A stretch of DNA of 51,584 nt from Candidatus Woesebacteria bacterium GW2011_GWB1_38_8b (GTDB taxonomy: Bacteria; Patescibacteriota; Microgenomatia; UBA8517). The translations under genes and the position numbers were made by a program. The notes beneath the pieces are model-generated. The model saw only the letters and a program-made list of their open reading frames with translations. It made no database searches and was not told where the DNA came from. This document shows, in pieces, positions 48,571 to 51,584 of this stretch; positions within the stretch are counted from its first letter, which is position 1, and the number at the start of each line of letters is the position of its first letter. The stretch lies in contig LBVN01000018.1 in the NCBI GenBank assembly GCA_000993115.1, positions 1 through 51,584 of the forward strand. The letters run 5' to 3'.

Positions 48571-48605
48571 CTTACTACTTACTTCTTACAACCTACTTCC
48601 TATCT
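48571..48605 (+). repeat. 5 x 7-nt CYTACNN array abutting a stop codon
   Basis: CTTACTA CTTACTT CTTACAA CCTACTT CCTATCT; 31/35 identical to 29217-29251. Confidence 0.8.
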
Positions 48606-49128
48606 ATGTATGCTTGTCGGCCACACTTGAAGCTCCCCATGAATCAGGTTTTGTTTTCGCAGTAAATCCGTTCCCTGTTACCAATCCAACTACTTCCCGA
48701 ATCATTTCGCGTGTCGGGCCAAGTGACCCTACATCAATGTGAATTTCTAGGTCATATTTTGCAGGTGAAATTCTCTTTCTAATGTCAGGAACTATAACTT
48801 GTGCCAAGTTAAGGCTCATCATTGTCTCCGTATAAATTTTATCGCGAAGTACAGGTACTTTTCCAATCCGCTTAACTTTTCTGTAAAAATAGCGCGCACC
48901 TTTTCCGATACGGTGCACAACAACAGCAGTAACAAAATCAACTTCAGAATCTCCATTATCCCGTCTTGCCTGACTGTCTGATCCAATTACAAGTCTGTAA
49001 AAACTACTTGGATCTTCATCAACAAATTTTGCAATCTCGCCTACCATCAGATCCAAACCAAGCTTTAACCCGGAAGGGCTTGTAAAAATTACATTTTTCG
49101 CATCAATTTCGCTTATATCCGATTTCAT
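48604..49128 (-). CDS. RNase H-like YkuK (DUF458) family protein
   Basis: VIGSDSQ, FVTAVVVHR.GKG, LEIHIDVG..G.T, KPDSWGASSVAD motifs. Confidence 0.88.
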   Translation of the reverse strand: MKSDISEIDAKNVIFTSPSGLKLGLDLMVGEIAKFVDEDPSSFYRLVIGSDSQARRDNGDSEVDFVTAVVVHRIGKGARYFYRKVKRIGKVPVLRDKIYTETMMSLNLAQVIVPDIRKRISPAKYDLEIHIDVGSLGPTREMIREVVGLVTGNGFTAKTKPDSWGASSVADKHT

Positions 49129-49208
49129 TGGGCAAATTATACCCTTAAATTTACACAGCTTCCAATAAGTACTTGATTAGAACCAGTGAATAGACAATAA
49201 TCACCAAC

Positions 49209-49490
49209 ATGCCTCTGGAAGTTGAACATGGTGAATCCGACCAAAGAAAATTTGTATTAAAAGGCGGATACAGTTATGCCGGAAGTCTTAAAATAAACTA
49301 TGACGGAGACAGAACCGGAGAAGTTTCGATCGTCGATGAGTCCCAAAAACCACCCAAGGTTGTTGGGCTTGTCTTACTAAGAAGAAGGGGCCAACAACAC
49401 ACTTTTACTATCAGACTAAATGTAACTAGTGTTTTCAGCGGAAATTACGCTCAACAAACTATTACTCGAATTGATGTAAAGAGAATTTAA
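49209..49490 (+). CDS. Small hypothetical protein (93 aa), paralog of the next ORF
   Basis: GYSYAGSLKINYDGDRTGEVSIVD resembles GIQYVGGGLAIDYEGDNKGKVTLRD; both end (D/L)V(K/T)RI. Confidence 0.6.
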   Translation: MPLEVEHGESDQRKFVLKGGYSYAGSLKINYDGDRTGEVSIVDESQKPPKVVGLVLLRRRGQQHTFTIRLNVTSVFSGNYAQQTITRIDVKRI

Positions 49491-49519
49491 GCACTTGATA
49501 ATCTTTAAAATGGGAATAA

Positions 49520-49819
49520 AATGCTTTTACGTGTCCGATAAGAATAGATGTAACAGAAATTCAGTGGGAAAAACCACCGCATCAGTATAAAATCGGACCG
49601 AATAGTGGAATTCAATATGTGGGTGGAGGATTAGCTATTGATTATGAGGGTGATAATAAAGGGAAGGTAACATTAAGAGATTCAGACACTAATAAAGACG
49701 GATCTTATAGAACTCATTCAAGCGCTAGATTACTTATTAGAGGAGAAGCATGCAAATTATTTGCCCCCGCAGACAAATTAGGACAATATCAGGTTCCTAT
49801 TTTGGTAACAAGAATATAA
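49520..49819 (+). CDS. Small hypothetical protein, paralog of 49209-49490; start uncertain
   Basis: Frame is open from 49520, but the first canonical start is GTG 49619; a GTG at 49531 is 1 nt out of frame. Confidence 0.5.
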   Translation, partial: NAFTCPIRIDVTEIQWEKPPHQYKIGPNSGIQYVGGGLAIDYEGDNKGKVTLRDSDTNKDGSYRTHSSARLLIRGEACKLFAPADKLGQYQVPILVTRI

Positions 49820-49839
49820 CTAGTTCTTTGTAAAAGCAC

Positions 49840-49869
49840 TTGATGTAAATACCTCAAACAATTTATAAT
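49840..49869 (+). promoter_or_regulatory. Sigma70-type promoter for galU
   Basis: TTGATG (49840-49845), 18 bp, TATAAT (49864-49869); preceded by AAGCAC, a motif also at 49167 and 49489. Confidence 0.55.
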
Positions 49870-49879
49870 TTAGTCCTCT

Positions 49880-50776
49880 GTGAAAACACGAAAAAAAATA
49901 ACTAAAGCCGTAATTGCAGTCGCGGGCTATGGCACCCGCTTTTTACCCGCGACAAAAAACCAACCAAAACAAATGCTTCCGATAATTGATAAGCCAATTA
50001 TTCACTATGTCGTTGAAGAGGCGGTTAATTCCGGAATAGAGCAAATTATTCTGGTAACCCAAGCCGGTCAGCACATTATGGAAGATTATTTCGACAGCAG
50101 TTTCGAAATCGAACAAACCTTAGAAAGAAGCGGTAAACTCGACTATTTGAAAATCGTTCAGGATATTCCTCTCATGGCAAATTTTATTTATATGCGGCAA
50201 AAGAAAAATCTACCCTATGGTAACGCCACACCTCTTCTTGTTGCAAAAGATTTAATCGACAAAGATGAAGCGTTTTTGTACATGTTCGGCGATGACATGA
50301 CGCTTTCTCACAATCATAAACCAATTTCGAAGCAACTCATTGACGTATTTAATCAATATCATCCATCGGCAGTAGTCGGAGTCCAAGCAGTTCCCTGGGA
50401 TCAGGTCCACCGCTATGGTACGACAAAATATAAAAAAGACTCAATAATTCCAAATGAGATGGAAAAGGGTGTCGAAAAAGTTTCCCGCGAAAATGCCCCT
50501 TCAAATATGGCGCAGTTCGGAAGATATGTACTAAGCTATGATGCAATAAAAATCGCAGAAGAAACTAAAATAGGAAAAGGGAATGAGTTATGGATTGTTG
50601 ACATTTTAAATAACCTTGTTAAATCGGGAAAAAAGGTAATCGCCCAACCGATTGACGGTGAATGGTTAACGACAGGAGATCCGCTTACATATATGCAGGC
50701 GCAAGTAAGATTTACATTGGAGAGAAAAGATATAGGCGAAGAATTCAAAAGGTACATCAAGAGCCTCAAGCTGTAG
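49880..50776 (+). CDS. galU: UTP--glucose-1-phosphate uridylyltransferase (GalU-like NTP transferase)
   Basis: KAVIAVAGYGTRFLPATKNQPKQMLPI.DKP, YGNA, FGDD, RYG, FGRY, GDPL motifs. Confidence 0.85.
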   Translation: MKTRKKITKAVIAVAGYGTRFLPATKNQPKQMLPIIDKPIIHYVVEEAVNSGIEQIILVTQAGQHIMEDYFDSSFEIEQTLERSGKLDYLKIVQDIPLMANFIYMRQKKNLPYGNATPLLVAKDLIDKDEAFLYMFGDDMTLSHNHKPISKQLIDVFNQYHPSAVVGVQAVPWDQVHRYGTTKYKKDSIIPNEMEKGVEKVSRENAPSNMAQFGRYVLSYDAIKIAEETKIGKGNELWIVDILNNLVKSGKKVIAQPIDGEWLTTGDPLTYMQAQVRFTLERKDIGEEFKRYIKSLKL

Positions 50777-50841
50777 AAATTCTTTCAGAATTTGTAGCAT
50801 CCTAAAGTTGTAGAAATTCTTTCAGAATTTGTGGCATCCTA
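50768..50841 (+). repeat. 37-bp tandem repeat x2 (2 mismatches), each with an internal 7-bp hairpin; first copy overlaps the galU stop
   Basis: AAGCTGTAGAAATTCTTTCAGAATTTGTAGCATCCTA / AAGTTGTAGAAATTCTTTCAGAATTTGTGGCATCCTA; hairpin AAATTCT-TTC-AGAATTT. Confidence 0.92.
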
Positions 50842-50859
50842 GAATTACCTATTAAAGGA

Positions 50860-51123
50860 CTAGGCTGTGAATATCAGCGACAAACCGACAATCAACCCCA
50901 ATGCCGCAATCGAAATGTATTCGACAATGATTGATAAATGAAGCTCATCGTGTTGGTGGTGATGAATAAGTCCCCAGACAACGTAGGATGCCGAAGCGGC
51001 AAAAATAATTACTGCCTGAAACGCTCTGTCATACCAAAAAATTAGGTAGCCGACAAAACTTATTGCCAAAATTCCAAAAAGGGGTGTGTAGTGTGCAATG
51101 TGTTTTGATATTTTTTTAAGCAT
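50860..51123 (-). CDS. Small three-TM hypothetical membrane protein
   Basis: 87 aa, hydrophobic, YVVWGLIHH..H...EY motif; TAAAAT 5 nt upstream. Confidence 0.7.
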   Translation of the reverse strand: MLKKISKHIAHYTPLFGILAISFVGYLIFWYDRAFQAVIIFAASASYVVWGLIHHHQHDELHLSIIVEYISIAALGLIVGLSLIFTA

Positions 51124-51137
51124 AATTTATTTTACTC

Positions 51138-51584
51138 TCAAAGGATTTTTCCAACTTGGCTCAAAATTGCCATTAAAAGAATTGTTCCTAAAAATGCCAA
51201 ATGGGCAGCGGTTCTCTACCCGACAATCTTGGAATTTTCTTTTTATAAACCACAACCGCATCAATTATCATAATTACCGACAAAAAGATTATTGTCAAAA
51301 GCGATACTGTTCTTGTTGTATCAAACGGCGAAACCAAAATTCCCAGTGGTGAGCGATTTTCGGGAGCCGCCTCTGTTACCATACCTCCTCCAACTTTTAT
51401 TGTGCTGGGTGTCGGAGTCAAAATAGGACTTGGCAACGCTGTTTCTGTTGGCACTTCGGTGCCTGTTGGGACAATAGTTGTAACTAAAGCTAAAGCAGGA
51501 GGTCTGGTCGGTGCCGGGGTTGGAGTCGACTGCGTAAACGCCTTAGCCACAGGGACCTGGTCGCTCGTACCCGACGGCGCGCCG
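51138..51584 (-). pseudogene. 3' part of a probable CAP-domain surface protein with Pro/Thr-rich linker and C-terminal membrane anchor; 2-bp frameshift near 51213
   Basis: Frame reads GAPSGTSDQVPVAKAFTQSTPTPAPT...; after RLSGR an extra GA (AGAGA) shifts the frame, and the other frame gives TAAHLAFLGTILLMAILSQVGKIL* ending at 51138. CAP assignment rests only on the terminal GAP motif and overall architecture. Confidence 0.55.

Noticed and set aside
921-50769. Many 60-160 aa ORFs antisense to or nested in long CDSs (e.g. 9899-10366, 23412-23897, 38935 N-terminal extension)
   Set aside because: No motifs, fully overlapping well-supported genes; expected shadow ORFs
50768-50841. CRISPR array or Cas12a repeat (37-bp unit; the reverse complement contains AATTTCTAC)
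   Set aside because: Only two copies with no spacer, the TCTAC/GTAGA stem of Cas12a repeats is not formed, and there are no cas genes in the window
51098-51352. 84-aa ORF labelled minus strand in the track
   Set aside because: Its translation (MCFDIF...) reads from the plus strand at 51098, so the label looks wrong; it is antisense to two better-supported genes and probably spurious
1-51584. tRNA, rRNA or riboswitch genes
   Set aside because: Intergenic gaps are short and none shows a cloverleaf, T-loop consensus or recognisable aptamer by eye; a covariance-model scan was not run

Overview
AT-rich, gene-dense bacterial DNA. Gene content suggests a CPR/Patescibacteria genome, probably Microgenomates-like (inference, no database search). 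Positions ~0.2-37.6 kb hold a very large surface-glycosylation locus, almost all on the minus strand. It has about 16 multi-TM GT-C-type glycosyltransferase genes (PMT/ArnT-like, GT87-like, YfhO-like, PIG-V-like), 6 soluble GT2s, a GT4, a Wzx flippase and two DPM1-like polyprenol-phosphate sugar synthases; a third, fused to GtrA, lies at 39.3-40.5 kb. Five GT-C genes carry local lesions: 7-bp and 28-bp tandem duplications and three inferred deletions. The rest of the window holds a GIY-YIG nuclease gene between inverted REP-like hairpins, a MacAB-like ABC system, DedA, PgeF, trmD, DUF218, rmlC/rmlD-like genes, YkuK, two small paralogous ORFs, galU and a frameshifted CAP-like gene end. Patterns not explained by the gene list: dispersed YTTCG-N5-CTCAR hairpins (one inside a CDS), three duplicated gene 3' ends, five-unit heptamer arrays (three inside CDSs), and many -10 boxes 5-7 nt upstream of start codons (leaderless architecture). 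No tRNA, rRNA or CRISPR array was seen. Family calls come from motif recognition by eye.
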